A stretch of 46,337 bases of DNA from an uncultured Verrucomicrobiae bacterium (GTDB lineage Bacteria > Verrucomicrobiota > Verrucomicrobiia > Limisphaerales > JAFGQR01), in contig CAWBHS010000093.1 of the NCBI GenBank assembly GCA_963788655.1, positions 1 to 46,337 on the forward strand, given 5' to 3'. Shown here in pieces: positions 11,163-20,296 of the stretch. Each line of letters starts with the position of its first letter. Position 1 is the stretch's first letter. Below the pieces are notes generated by a model. The model searched no databases, was not told where the DNA came from, and saw only the letters and a program-made list of their open reading frames with translations. The position numbers were made by a program, and so were the translations under genes.

Positions 11163-13214
11163 ATGAAACCGCTGCTTCAATTGAGCTTGCTCTTACTGGC
11201 AGTGCCGGCTTTTGGCCATACGCCGCAACGGACGCTATTTCTCTATTTCGACGCCGCCAATCGGCTGACGAATACCACCACGCCGCTGAGCCGGGTCACC
11301 TCCCAAGGCTGGAACAATCGGGGCCGGTTGCAGACGGTCATCGAACCCAGCACGAACACTGCCAATTTCTATTACGACGCCCGCAGCCGCCTGACCAACC
11401 GCACCGATGGGGCGGGCACCACGTACTACCGCTACGACGCGAACAACAACCTCACCACCGTCAGCGAGGGGACGCAGACCAACACCTGGGGCTTTGACGC
11501 GTACGACCGCGTGACCGCTTTCACCAACGCCGATGGCTACGTGATCCGCTACGGCTACGACGCCAACGGCAACGTGACCGGCCTGACCTATCCTGGCAAC
11601 CGCACCGTCCACTATGCTTACGACAGCCTGAACCGCCTGACCAACGTGACCGATTGGGCGGATCGGCAAACATCCTTCGAATACGATCTGGCGAGCCGCC
11701 TGAAGAAAATCATCCGGCCCAACGGCACGGTTCGCGAAATCAACTACGACGACGCCGGGCAGACGACGAGCATTGTCGAGAAGACGGGCGGGGGCCTGCC
11801 CCTCGCGTACTTCAAGTTGAATTGGAATGACGCGGCGCGGGTGCAATGGGAATTCGCCGCGCCTTTTCCCCACACCTACACCCCGCCGAGGCGGACCATG
11901 ACCTACGACGACGACAACCGCATCGCCACGTTCAATGGCAACAATGTGACGTACGACGCGGATGGCAACCTGACCTCCGGGCCTGGGACAAACAACACGT
12001 TCATCAGCTATACCTACGACGCCCGCAATCGGCTGGTAGGGACGCTTTCCACAGCGTCCGTGACTTACGGATACGATCCAGCGGGCAATCGCGTCGGGTT
12101 GACCAATGGCGCCAGCGTCACGACGTTCGTCGTCAATCCAAACGCCGGGCTCTCCCAGGTCTTCATGCGCATCAAGTCCGGGGTGACGAATTACTACGTT
12201 TACGGACTGGGCCTGCTGTACGAAGTCACCGAAACCGCCTCCAGCACTACGACGCTGACGTATCACTACGACTACCGCGGCTCGACCATCGCCTTAACTG
12301 ACGGCAGCGGCAACGTCACCGACCGCGCCGAATATTCGGCCTACGGCAGCCTGACGTACCGGAGCGGCACAAGCGAGACGCCCTTCTGGTTCAATGGGCG
12401 TTACGGCGTACAGACCGACCCCAACGGCCTGCTTCACATGCGGGCGCGGTATTACAATCCTTACCTGTGTCGCTTTATCAATCCAGACCCGTCCGGGTTC
12501 GCCGGTGGACTGAATTGGTACGCCTTTGCCGACGGGAATCCCATCAGCCTGATTGATCCGTTTGGCTTGGGCGCTGTGGAGTCAGGCGGCTACTCCTGGC
12601 TCATGACCCCCAGCAGTATTGGGGGTTGGGCGGCGGACCAATTGATCAACCTTGGGATTGGAACCGTGTCGATGGCGTCATGGGCACTGGGCGTAGGTTT
12701 TGAAATGATCGGAGCACCGCCAGGACATCTCTATCAGCAGGCGGACACGCTCAACGCGAGCATGTCGCCGTTTGGTCGAGCGGGCTATTACGACACCCAA
12801 AACTCGGTCAATCAAGCTGCTGCTGCGACGGTGGCCTTGGCAACCATGAGGCCCACCTCAGTCGCAAGAGGAGGAATGACTCCGTTGTATCGGGCCGTCG
12901 CTCCGGGAGAACTGGCTGACCTGAGCGCAAACGCTGGTGCGTTCAGGAATCCGCTGGGCATCGAACGAAAATACTTCTCCGAAACTGCCGAAGGCGCGGC
13001 GTCATATGCTCGGCAAGCCCACCAGGCGGGAGGAAGCTTGTATCAAGGGCCATACACCATCGTAAGAACCGAAATTCCAACGGACCTCATCACGCCGATC
13101 TTGCGGGCCACGCCGGACCGAGGAATCCCGACCGTCACTGTGCCGACAGAATTGCTCCCGCGCCTCACACCGGCCCAACAACTGTCAGCCACGCCATTGC
13201 CAAGGAAACCATGA
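11163..13214 (+). CDS. Orphan Rhs cassette 3: signal peptide, C-terminal Rhs core, putative ART-like toxin CT
   Basis: MKPLLQLSLLLLAVPAFG, FDAANRLT...DPFGL; CT LYRAVAPGEL...KYFSET...YTIVRTEIP. Confidence 0.85.
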   Translation: MKPLLQLSLLLLAVPAFGHTPQRTLFLYFDAANRLTNTTTPLSRVTSQGWNNRGRLQTVIEPSTNTANFYYDARSRLTNRTDGAGTTYYRYDANNNLTTVSEGTQTNTWGFDAYDRVTAFTNADGYVIRYGYDANGNVTGLTYPGNRTVHYAYDSLNRLTNVTDWADRQTSFEYDLASRLKKIIRPNGTVREINYDDAGQTTSIVEKTGGGLPLAYFKLNWNDAARVQWEFAAPFPHTYTPPRRTMTYDDDNRIATFNGNNVTYDADGNLTSGPGTNNTFISYTYDARNRLVGTLSTASVTYGYDPAGNRVGLTNGASVTTFVVNPNAGLSQVFMRIKSGVTNYYVYGLGLLYEVTETASSTTTLTYHYDYRGSTIALTDGSGNVTDRAEYSAYGSLTYRSGTSETPFWFNGRYGVQTDPNGLLHMRARYYNPYLCRFINPDPSGFAGGLNWYAFADGNPISLIDPFGLGAVESGGYSWLMTPSSIGGWAADQLINLGIGTVSMASWALGVGFEMIGAPPGHLYQQADTLNASMSPFGRAGYYDTQNSVNQAAAATVALATMRPTSVARGGMTPLYRAVAPGELADLSANAGAFRNPLGIERKYFSETAEGAASYARQAHQAGGSLYQGPYTIVRTEIPTDLITPILRATPDRGIPTVTVPTELLPRLTPAQQLSATPLPRKP

Positions 13215-13519
13215 CCATGAAAGGCCAACCCGACATCATCGCAAAAGTGCGGCTCTACGCGACCGAAGCCGGCGGCCGCAAAGGCGCAACCCCATCGGAA
13301 ACGTTCGGATGCCTATTCGAGTTTGAAGGTGAAAAGTTTGACTGTCGGTTGCTTCTGCAAGAAGTCGGGTTTCTTGCGCCAGGAGCGACCGCAAAAGTCC
13401 CAGTCGCGTTCCTTTATCCGGAGTTGATTAAGCCACGGCTGAAGGTCGGAAGTCGATTCACGCTTTGGGAAGCGCCGACGATTGGCGAAGGGGTTGTTGA
13501 AGAAATCGTGTCCGGCTGA
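13211..13519 (+). CDS. Putative immunity protein resembling EF-Tu domain III
   Basis: ATGA overlap with the toxin stop; AKVRLYATEAGGR...LAPG...YP...GSRFTLWEAPTIGEGVVEEI aligns by eye with EF-Tu EVYILSKDEGGR...VMPG...HP...[21 protein letters not shown]. Confidence 0.75.
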   Translation: MTMKGQPDIIAKVRLYATEAGGRKGATPSETFGCLFEFEGEKFDCRLLLQEVGFLAPGATAKVPVAFLYPELIKPRLKVGSRFTLWEAPTIGEGVVEEIVSG

Positions 13520-13533
13520 AGAAAATGAACTTT

Positions 13534-13882
13534 ACACGCCAACCATAGCACACAAATGGCCAATGGAATTTGAACGCTGGAAGAGCTTCTCGGCTACGAA
13601 CGCGCGCTCGACGCGAAGCAAAGCTCGCCTACATCAAACTAAACTCGACACGCCAACCATAGCACCCGCGTTGCCAATGCATTTTAGACGCCGGCCCAGC
13701 TTCTCGGCTACGAACACTTCTCGACGTGAAGCAAAGCTCGCCTACGTCTCACCGAACAGCCAAACGCCCTGCCCGCCTCGTGGCGCTGTCCCGGTCAACC
13801 CAAGAACGTGGTTTCGCGAGTCTGTTTCACCTCAGCACGCCCGGTTCGCTTTCGGTTATGGCTGCGACCATTCCGGCTATGT
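13534..13882. repeat. Second inter-cassette repeat: two tandem unit A (13534-13631, 13648-13744) plus block B (13797-13882)
   Basis: Direct sequence similarity to 7998-8330; 114 bp period between the tandem units. Confidence 0.8.
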
Positions 13883-14174
13883 CGAATGTTTCCTGCCAGG
13901 CATACGGTTCTCAGTCAATCCCGGCCCAACGCAAGCATTCGGTTCACGGCTCGGTATTCAACACACGGGCTACCCATATCCAGCGCTGTCCTCGCCGACC
14001 TCGGGAACTGATTGCCGACCCCAAGTCCTTCCTGCTGACGCCTCGGAGACAAGCACTCAAACAAAGAAGCAAATGTTGACGCTGGGTTGCAGGTTGCAGG
14101 GGCTTAAAAGTTTTTGCTTGGCAAATGACGGGTGGCTGATAATTAAGGGACAGTTCTTTGAGTTTGAGTTCAGT

Positions 14175-14325
14175 TGCAGCCAAATGACTGGGAACCCCGT
14201 GAGAATCGGGGACGGTTTGCGCCACTGTAACGGGTTACGAGCTCCCACCAGGCCACTGGCCGGGAAACCGCCGGGAAGGCGGGAGCAAGGATAAGCCCCA
14301 AGTCAGGATACCGGTTTGGCTGTGC
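14175..14325 (+). promoter_or_regulatory. Cobalamin (B12) riboswitch
   Basis: GGGAA-CCCCGTGAGAATCGGGG-ACGG...GCCACTGTAA...GCCACTGG...CCGGGAAGG...AAGTCAGGATACC; closing stem CAGCCAAA / TTTGGCTG. Confidence 0.9.
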
Positions 14326-14418
14326 TCGTCGCGGTCCCGCCCACGCGGGATCGGCTTCTCCGTCAAAGAGAAGGATGAGACCAGCCCGTCCTGCGGGTGC
14401 AGGATGGAACCGTTGATG

Positions 14419-14462
14419 GCCTTCATTCACCGCTTTGCCGGAGTCTGAAGGTTTTTTATTTT
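14419..14462 (+). terminator. Putative intrinsic terminator (riboswitch expression platform)
   Basis: GCCTTCA...TGAAGGT stem followed by a T-rich tract, between the aptamer and ATG 14523. Confidence 0.55.
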
Positions 14463-14522
14463 CAGTCTCCGCCTGGTCTCGCAATCCCAAACGTTTGCTT
14501 GTCGAGAATAGAAAGACCAGAT

Positions 14523-15503
14523 ATGCGGCCCGTTATTTTACTTTGCCCCCTGTTGGCGTTTTGCCCATTGATCCCGGCGATTTGCGTTGGAGCAGCGACT
14601 TTCCAGTCGGATTTCTCCACCGATCCCACCCCGCAAGGTTGGCGTGCGCAGGGCGATCCTTCCCTGTTCCATTGGAATGCCACCGATCAGCTTTTGGAAG
14701 TCACCTGGGATTCCTCGCGCGGCAATACCTATTTTTACCATCCGCTGAGAACCATCCTTTCCCGGCAGGACGACTTCCGCCTGAGTTTCGACGTGCGCCT
14801 TGATGATCTTGCAATCGGCACCACGCCGGACAAACCATACACGTTTGAATTGGCCATTGGTTTTCTGAATTTTGACCAGGCCACCAACACTGGGTTTCTC
14901 CGCGGTTCCGGTACGGATTCGCCCAATTTGGTGGAGTTCGACTATTTTCCGGATTCGGGATTTGGCGCGACGATTTCGCCGACCATGATCTCGAGCAACA
15001 TGGAATTCGTTAGCAGTTTCAATTACCCGGTCGAGCTGACATTGCACGAGTGGTTTCATGTGGAGATGAGTTACGCGGCCAGCAACCAGACGTTGATGAG
15101 CAGGCTCACGCACAATGGGGAGGAATTCGCTTCGTTGGAAGACGCGGTGGTCGGAACCGACTTTTCCGATTTCCGTCTCGATACGGTCGCGGTGATCAGT
15201 TACAGCGACGGCGGACAGGATCCCATGTTTGCCGGTTCGGTGCTGGCCCACGGCGTGGTGGACAACTTCCAAGTGATGGTGCCCGAACCGCCCATAGCCA
15301 ATCTGACTGGCGGTATCGCCGATGATCGTTGGCAAGTGCAATTCGACAGCCAGACCAACTGGATCTACCACTTGGAAGCCACCACCAATTTCTTCGAATG
15401 GTCTTCCGTGAACACCGCATCGGGAACGGGCGGTCCTTTGACGATGCGGGACGATCAAACCGCCGGCGCGCACTTTTACCGGGTGCGGGCTGACAAACCA
15501 TGA
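14523..15503 (+). CDS. Secreted hypothetical protein with Verrucomicrobia-type C-terminal 'FYRV' domain; B12-regulated
   Basis: Signal peptide [13 protein letters not shown]...; beta-rich body; ends [12 protein letters not shown]...HFYRVRA. Confidence 0.75.
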   Translation: MRPVILLCPLLAFCPLIPAICVGAATFQSDFSTDPTPQGWRAQGDPSLFHWNATDQLLEVTWDSSRGNTYFYHPLRTILSRQDDFRLSFDVRLDDLAIGTTPDKPYTFELAIGFLNFDQATNTGFLRGSGTDSPNLVEFDYFPDSGFGATISPTMISSNMEFVSSFNYPVELTLHEWFHVEMSYAASNQTLMSRLTHNGEEFASLEDAVVGTDFSDFRLDTVAVISYSDGGQDPMFAGSVLAHGVVDNFQVMVPEPPIANLTGGIADDRWQVQFDSQTNWIYHLEATTNFFEWSSVNTASGTGGPLTMRDDQTAGAHFYRVRADKP

Positions 15504-16321
15504 CGGATCATTGGACAACCCGATCGCTGCTTCGCGCGGAACCGGCCCACGCACTTCCGTGTGTGACCGGCCGAGCATCGGGGACGCGACTCCAGACAAG
15601 TGCCTTCACGCTGATCGAACTATTGGTGGTGATCGCGATCCTGGCGATCCTGGCGGCGCTGCTGTTGCCCGCGCTGGCGCAGTGCAAGGCGGCGTCCCAG
15701 CGAGTCAAGTGCCTCAGCAATCTGCGCCAATTGTCGTTTGCGGCGCAAATGTATTGGGATGAAAACGAGAGCCGGGCATTTCGATACCGCGGCGCGTACA
15801 CCAATGGCGGCGATGTTTTCTGGTTCGGTTGGCTGGAACGTTGGCATTCGGGTAATGAAGGCCGGCGCGCGTTTGATGCCGCGGCCGGGCCGCTTTATCC
15901 CTACTTGCGCGGACGGGGCATCGAGCTGTGCCCAGCGCTCAATTATTCGCAGCCTGAGTTCAAGGCCAAAGCCAACGCGGCGGCGTACGGGTACGGGATC
16001 AATTTGCACCTCACCGCACCGTCGTTGGCCAGCCTCAATCGGGTGCGGCAACCGTCGGGCGTGGTGGCGTTCGCGGACGCGGCCCAGGTGAACACGTTCC
16101 AAGCACCCGCCTCGCCCGCGCATCCGATGCTCGAAGAATTCTACTACGTCAGCACCAACTCCTACGAAGCCACCGCGCATTTCCGGCATCAGCATCAAGC
16201 CAACACGGTGTTTGTGGATGGCCACGTGGACCGGGAACCGCCGGCGCCGGGTTCGCTTGACGCGCGCATGCCTCAAGTATGGGTGGGCCGGTTGCCACCG
16301 GAACTCTTGCACATTCCGTGA
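15500..16321 (+). CDS. Prepilin-type N-terminal cleavage/methylation protein with H-X9-DG motif (DUF1559-like)
   Basis: [54 protein letters not shown] overlap with the upstream gene. Confidence 0.9.
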   Translation: MTDHWTTRSLLRAEPAHALPCVTGRASGTRLQTSAFTLIELLVVIAILAILAALLLPALAQCKAASQRVKCLSNLRQLSFAAQMYWDENESRAFRYRGAYTNGGDVFWFGWLERWHSGNEGRRAFDAAAGPLYPYLRGRGIELCPALNYSQPEFKAKANAAAYGYGINLHLTAPSLASLNRVRQPSGVVAFADAAQVNTFQAPASPAHPMLEEFYYVSTNSYEATAHFRHQHQANTVFVDGHVDREPPAPGSLDARMPQVWVGRLPPELLHIP

Positions 16322-16404
16322 ACGTCTACGCACCGTCTTGTAGGATGGGCGTCCCGCCCGTCCCGAACATCCCCACAACGTTCATTTTCCGCAGCCCACT
16401 CGTT

Positions 16405-16474
16405 GTAGCCGCCGACGTAAGGAGGCGGACCTGATATGTCTTCCGGTGCTCCACCTTCCCGCGTCGGCGGCTAC
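16405..16474. repeat. REP-like GTAG inverted palindrome pair
   Basis: GTAGCCGCCGACGTAAGGAGGCGGA ... CGTCGGCGGCTAC; relatives at 27543-27627 and 39357-39430. Confidence 0.7.
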
Positions 16475-16540
16475 AGGCTGTCCGTGTTTTAAGCCCGAGG
16501 TGAAATATCCGGGTTAATCATTGGACCCGAAAAGCCAAAA

Positions 16541-16572
16541 CAGTTTCGCGAATCCCAGGATTCGCGAAACTG
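16541..16572 (-). terminator. Perfect 15 bp inverted repeat, possible terminator
   Basis: CAGTTTCGCGAATCC-CA-GGATTCGCGAAACTG, followed by TTTTGGCTTTT on the minus strand. Confidence 0.5.
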
Positions 16573-16721
16573 AAATATGGCGCTGCCATCACCTTAAGCT
16601 TGAACCCGCAAGCACCTGGTTCATGCTGCTGCGGAAGCAATCACGGACTTTCGGTTCGGTTAGAAAACGGAACCAACATAAGTAAATGACAGCCGACTGA
16701 AGTTATTGTCCGGACTGCTTA

Positions 16722-16748
16722 GGCCGAGGTGGGTGCCTCGGCTTTTTT
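16722..16748 (+). terminator. Intrinsic terminator
   Basis: GCCGAGG-TGGGTG-CCTCGGC followed by TTTTTT. Confidence 0.65.
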
Positions 16749-17289
16749 GTTGATCACCGGGGGTTGGGGAGAGATTGGCTCGCAGCGGGCGAAAGACTGC
16801 CTTGTTTCGGGTGGCCGCGGCTCAGCGCGTTTTCAAGGGCTGCAACTCGTGCCTAAAGAAACCGACAATCCAAAAGAACACGGTAAACAAAGCGACCACC
16901 CCAGCCAGGAAGGCCAGCGCAGCGAGCGTGAATAGAAGGTCCCGATTCAACTTATCAGAGTTGTTATTTTCGCCACCGTCAATTGGGCATCGGAAGACCA
17001 GGCTGAAACTTGAACGGCAGTTGCCATGTTGCCCGGCACGATTGCGAGGGACAACCGGAAGCGGGTATCCGGCCGGTGCCGAGCTTCCGAGGTGCGTTGA
17101 TCGTTTTGGCGGGACGGGCCTGGACACAGGAACGGTTTTTGGATGCTCGGGCCAACCGGGATGGCTGTCCCGCGTGGTGGCGTGGCTGGCGTGATTCAAT
17201 GACATCTGCGGAAAACCTGGCTTGCTCCGGGCATTCCGGTTAATTAGGTTCTTCACGACTTACTCAAATGTTGCCCGTACGCAGTGCTT

Positions 17290-17838
17290 ATGGAACAGAC
17301 GCCTTCGCCCGCGCCACCCAACCGGCGCCATTTTCTGGCTGGCACGGCCATAGTCGCCTTGGGCGCGGCTATCGAGTTGATGCCGGTCGTCAGTGGCTTG
17401 GCCGTGTTGCTCAATCCACTCCGCCGCCGATCATCGCGGCGCGACTTTCTCCCGGTCACTTCGCTCAAGACGCTGCCGGCGGACGGACTGCCCCGCAAAT
17501 TCCCGGTGATCGCGGATCGCGTGAACGCCTGGACGCGGATTCCGCACGTTGCCATCGGCGCCGTTTTCCTGCGGCGGGGGCGCGATGATTCGGTGCAGGC
17601 GTTTAATGTCTTGTGCCCGCATGCCGGGTGCCACGTGAATCTCAGTCCGGATCAAGACGCCTTTCTCTGTCCGTGTCATGCCAGCCATTTTGAACTGAGT
17701 GGCCGCCGCGCCGATGACCGAAGTCCCAGTCCGCGCGGGTTGGACGAACTGGACGTCGAGGTCAAACCGTCCGGGCAGATTCTGGTCAAGTTTCAAAACT
17801 TCCTTCCCGGCGTGGCCGAAAAAATACCCGTGTCATGA
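17290..17838 (+). CDS. Rieske 2Fe-2S subunit of a cytochrome bc-type complex
   Basis: Tat-like NRRHFL plus TM segment; CPHAGC and CPCHASHF boxes. Confidence 0.92.
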   Translation: MEQTPSPAPPNRRHFLAGTAIVALGAAIELMPVVSGLAVLLNPLRRRSSRRDFLPVTSLKTLPADGLPRKFPVIADRVNAWTRIPHVAIGAVFLRRGRDDSVQAFNVLCPHAGCHVNLSPDQDAFLCPCHASHFELSGRRADDRSPSPRGLDELDVEVKPSGQILVKFQNFLPGVAEKIPVS

Positions 17839-19652
17839 AGGGCTGGATGACTTGGCTGGAGCAACGCACCGGCATCGTTACCCTCGGGCGCAAATATCTG
17901 TATGAGCCGCTGCCGGGCGGTACGCGTTGGCGTTACACCTGGCTGTCCGTGTTGCTGTTCGCTTTCTTCGTGCAGGCGGTCACCGGTTTCTTTCTGCTCA
18001 CGCAATACAGCGCCAGCACCCAAACAGCTTGGGAAAGTGTTTTCTTCCTCCAAACCCAAGTGCCCGGTGGCAGTTTCCTGCGCGGCCTGCACAGCATTTC
18101 CGCGCAATGTTTTGTGATGCTGGTGGTCGTGCATTTGTTCCAAACCATTTTCCATCGCGCCCATTTGCCGCCGCGGGAACTCAATTATTGGTTGCTGCTT
18201 TTGCTGGTGCCGTTGGCGATTGGCAGCTCGGTGACGGGGTGGCTGCTGCCATTTGACCAAAAAGGATATTGGGCCGCTCGAGTGCCGCTCAATATCCTGA
18301 GTGTCGTGCCGCTCGTGGGGCCACCGTTGCAACGGGTCCTCATGGGGGGCGCGGAAATTGGACATCTCACGCTGACGCGCTTCGCGGCGCTGCACACCGT
18401 GTTCCTGCCGTTGTTGATTGGCACCATGTTGGGACTGCATTGGGGACTGACGCGCAAGCACGGACTTGCCTCTGGGGCATCCGGCGTGAGGTCAACGCAG
18501 ACCTATTGGCCGCATCAGGCGCTCAAAGATGTGCTCGTTTGTCTGGCGCTGACCGTGGTCGTCGTCTTGATCGTGTTTTGGCCTTGGTTGACGCGTCGAG
18601 GTGCTCCTGGCGTGGAACTGTTGGCGCCGGCCGATCCGGCCGAACCATACGCGGCGGCCCGGCCTGAATGGTTCATGCTTTGGCTGTTTCAATTCTTGAA
18701 ACTCTTTCCCGGTGGCACGGAAGTATGGGGAGCCGTGGTGATTCCCGTGCTGGTGTTGGGCGGGTTCGCATTGTTGCCGTGGCTGGGACGGTGGCGGCGC
18801 GCGGGAGCAATCACGGGCGTATTCCTCGTGGCCTTGACGTTTGGGATTTTGGTGCTGACAGCCATTGCCTGGAACGCTGACCGGCGTGATCCAAGTTTCC
18901 AATCCGCCCGTGATGAGGCGCGGGAACAAGCCGAACGCATCCAGTCATTGGCCCTGGCGCCCACGGGCATTCCCGCGGCAGGAGCCCTGACGTTACTGGA
19001 GCATGATCCACTGACCCAAGGGCCCATTTTGTTTGCCCGCCATTGCGCCCAATGCCATCGGTTTAACGGGCGCGATGGCCGGGGGATTGTGCTGACGGCC
19101 CCGCAGTCCGCTTCGGATCTCAAAGGATTTGCCTCCCGGGAATGGCTGACGGGATTCCTCGACCCAGCACACATTGTTACCACCAATTATTTCGGAGGCA
19201 CCAAATTCGCCGAGGGCAAGATGGTTCGCTTCGTCAAAAAGAAGCTGACTGACCTGACGCCCGAGGAACAAACCCAATTGCAGAAAATGATCATGGCTGT
19301 GTCCGCGGAGGCCAGCCTGCCGGCGCAAACCGAAGCCGACGAACGTGACGCGGCGTTGATCGCCGAAGGCCGCCAACTCATGACCGACGCGGATTTTACC
19401 TGCCGGGATTGCCATCAGTTCCGCGAACCCGATCCCGACGCCACGGCGCCGGACTTGACCGGTTATGGTTCCCGTGAATGGCTGGTGCAATTCATCACCA
19501 ATCCTGGCCACGCGCGTTTTTATGGCAAGAAGAACGACCGCATGCCGGCCTACGGAACGGAACACATCCTGGATGACGAAGCCATCGGGCTGGTGGCGGA
19601 CTGGTTGCGTGGCGATTGGTACGAACCGAAGCTGGTGGGAGATGCCCCGTAA
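17835..19652 (+). CDS. Cytochrome b/b6 (with subunit IV region) fused to a di-haem cytochrome c domain
   Basis: RGLH...VVHL and RFAALH...GLHW haem-b His pairs, GWLLPFDQKGYWA, PEWF; CAQCH and CRDCH. Confidence 0.92.
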   Translation: MKGWMTWLEQRTGIVTLGRKYLYEPLPGGTRWRYTWLSVLLFAFFVQAVTGFFLLTQYSASTQTAWESVFFLQTQVPGGSFLRGLHSISAQCFVMLVVVHLFQTIFHRAHLPPRELNYWLLLLLVPLAIGSSVTGWLLPFDQKGYWAARVPLNILSVVPLVGPPLQRVLMGGAEIGHLTLTRFAALHTVFLPLLIGTMLGLHWGLTRKHGLASGASGVRSTQTYWPHQALKDVLVCLALTVVVVLIVFWPWLTRRGAPGVELLAPADPAEPYAAARPEWFMLWLFQFLKLFPGGTEVWGAVVIPVLVLGGFALLPWLGRWRRAGAITGVFLVALTFGILVLTAIAWNADRRDPSFQSARDEAREQAERIQSLALAPTGIPAAGALTLLEHDPLTQGPILFARHCAQCHRFNGRDGRGIVLTAPQSASDLKGFASREWLTGFLDPAHIVTTNYFGGTKFAEGKMVRFVKKKLTDLTPEEQTQLQKMIMAVSAEASLPAQTEADERDAALIAEGRQLMTDADFTCRDCHQFREPDPDATAPDLTGYGSREWLVQFITNPGHARFYGKKNDRMPAYGTEHILDDEAIGLVADWLRGDWYEPKLVGDAP

Positions 19653-19660
19653 TCGGCAAC

Positions 19661-19760
19661 GTGCTGCCGGCGTCCCGCCGGCAGAATCGAATGCGCCGGC
19701 TCCCACGTAATTTGAGGCGACTGTTTCCGTTCAATCTGCCGGCAAGATGCCTGCAGCACA
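19661..19760. repeat. REP-like inverted palindrome pair
   Basis: GTGCTGCCGGCGTCCCGCCGGCAG ... CTGCCGGCAAGATGCCTGCAGCAC. Confidence 0.55.
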
Positions 19761-19951
19761 ACTGCGTGCGACCGCTGACGGAAGGCGGTCGTTGACCTCT
19801 GCTCTGAACGGGCAACGCAATCATCCTGAATGCAACCGCGGACACCTTGGTGGGGGAATCAGGTGAACAGCAGCAGCTATCCCCCGGTAGCGGCTACGTA
19901 TGGCGAGGCGCATCGGCGTTCAGCCGCCGGAGCAGCAGGACCGGCCGAATG

Positions 19952-20296
19952 CTACAAGGTGTGCTCCGAAATGCTGCAGGTGGGATTGGCGCTTACGGCG
20001 CCGTAATTGTAGGTGCCGCCAGCGGGGCAGACCGGCTTATCCTTGATGTATTTTTCCGGGCCACACAGGTCGGCGTCCGTGGGCACATCGCTGTCTGCTT
20101 TGCGCATTTCCAGCGCCCAAGTCGCTTTGGCGCCTTCGATGGTCTTAAGATTCGAAATGCAGGCTGCTTTCTGGGCGCTCTTGCGGGCTTTGACCAGGTT
20201 TGGAATGGCGACCGCCGCCAACAAACCGATGATCGCCACCACGATCATGATTTCGACCAGTGTAAATCCCGCTCGGAGTGATTTCTTAATGCTCAT
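19952..20296 (-). CDS. Type IV pilin-like / pseudopilin protein
   Basis: G|FTLVEIMIVVAIIGLLAAVAIP, CISNLKTI, C-terminal CPAGGTY...C. Confidence 0.9.
   Translation of the reverse strand: MSIKKSLRAGFTLVEIMIVVAIIGLLAAVAIPNLVKARKSAQKAACISNLKTIEGAKATWALEMRKADSDVPTDADLCGPEKYIKDKPVCPAGGTYNYGAVSANPTCSISEHTL

Larger units (their letters stand above)
4781..12569 (+). repeat. Three ~1.3 kb direct repeats of the Rhs core: 4781-6104, 8439-9758, 11247-12569
   Basis: Near-identical DNA and protein from DAANRLT to DPFGL in the three rhs genes. Confidence 0.9.

Noticed and set aside
10906..11166. 86 aa ORF between cassettes
   Set aside because: Low-complexity Ala/Ser/Arg sequence with no recognisable motif; probably leader or spacer DNA.
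13211..13519. tuf pseudogene
   Set aside because: Intact, highly diverged, coupled to a toxin, with no domain I/II remnants or ribosomal-operon context.
13534..13744. CRISPR array
   Set aside because: Only two adjacent, degenerate ~97 bp units with no repeat-spacer geometry.
13482..14294. 270 aa ORF after the toxin array
   Set aside because: Spans the non-coding repeats and the riboswitch; no protein-like features.
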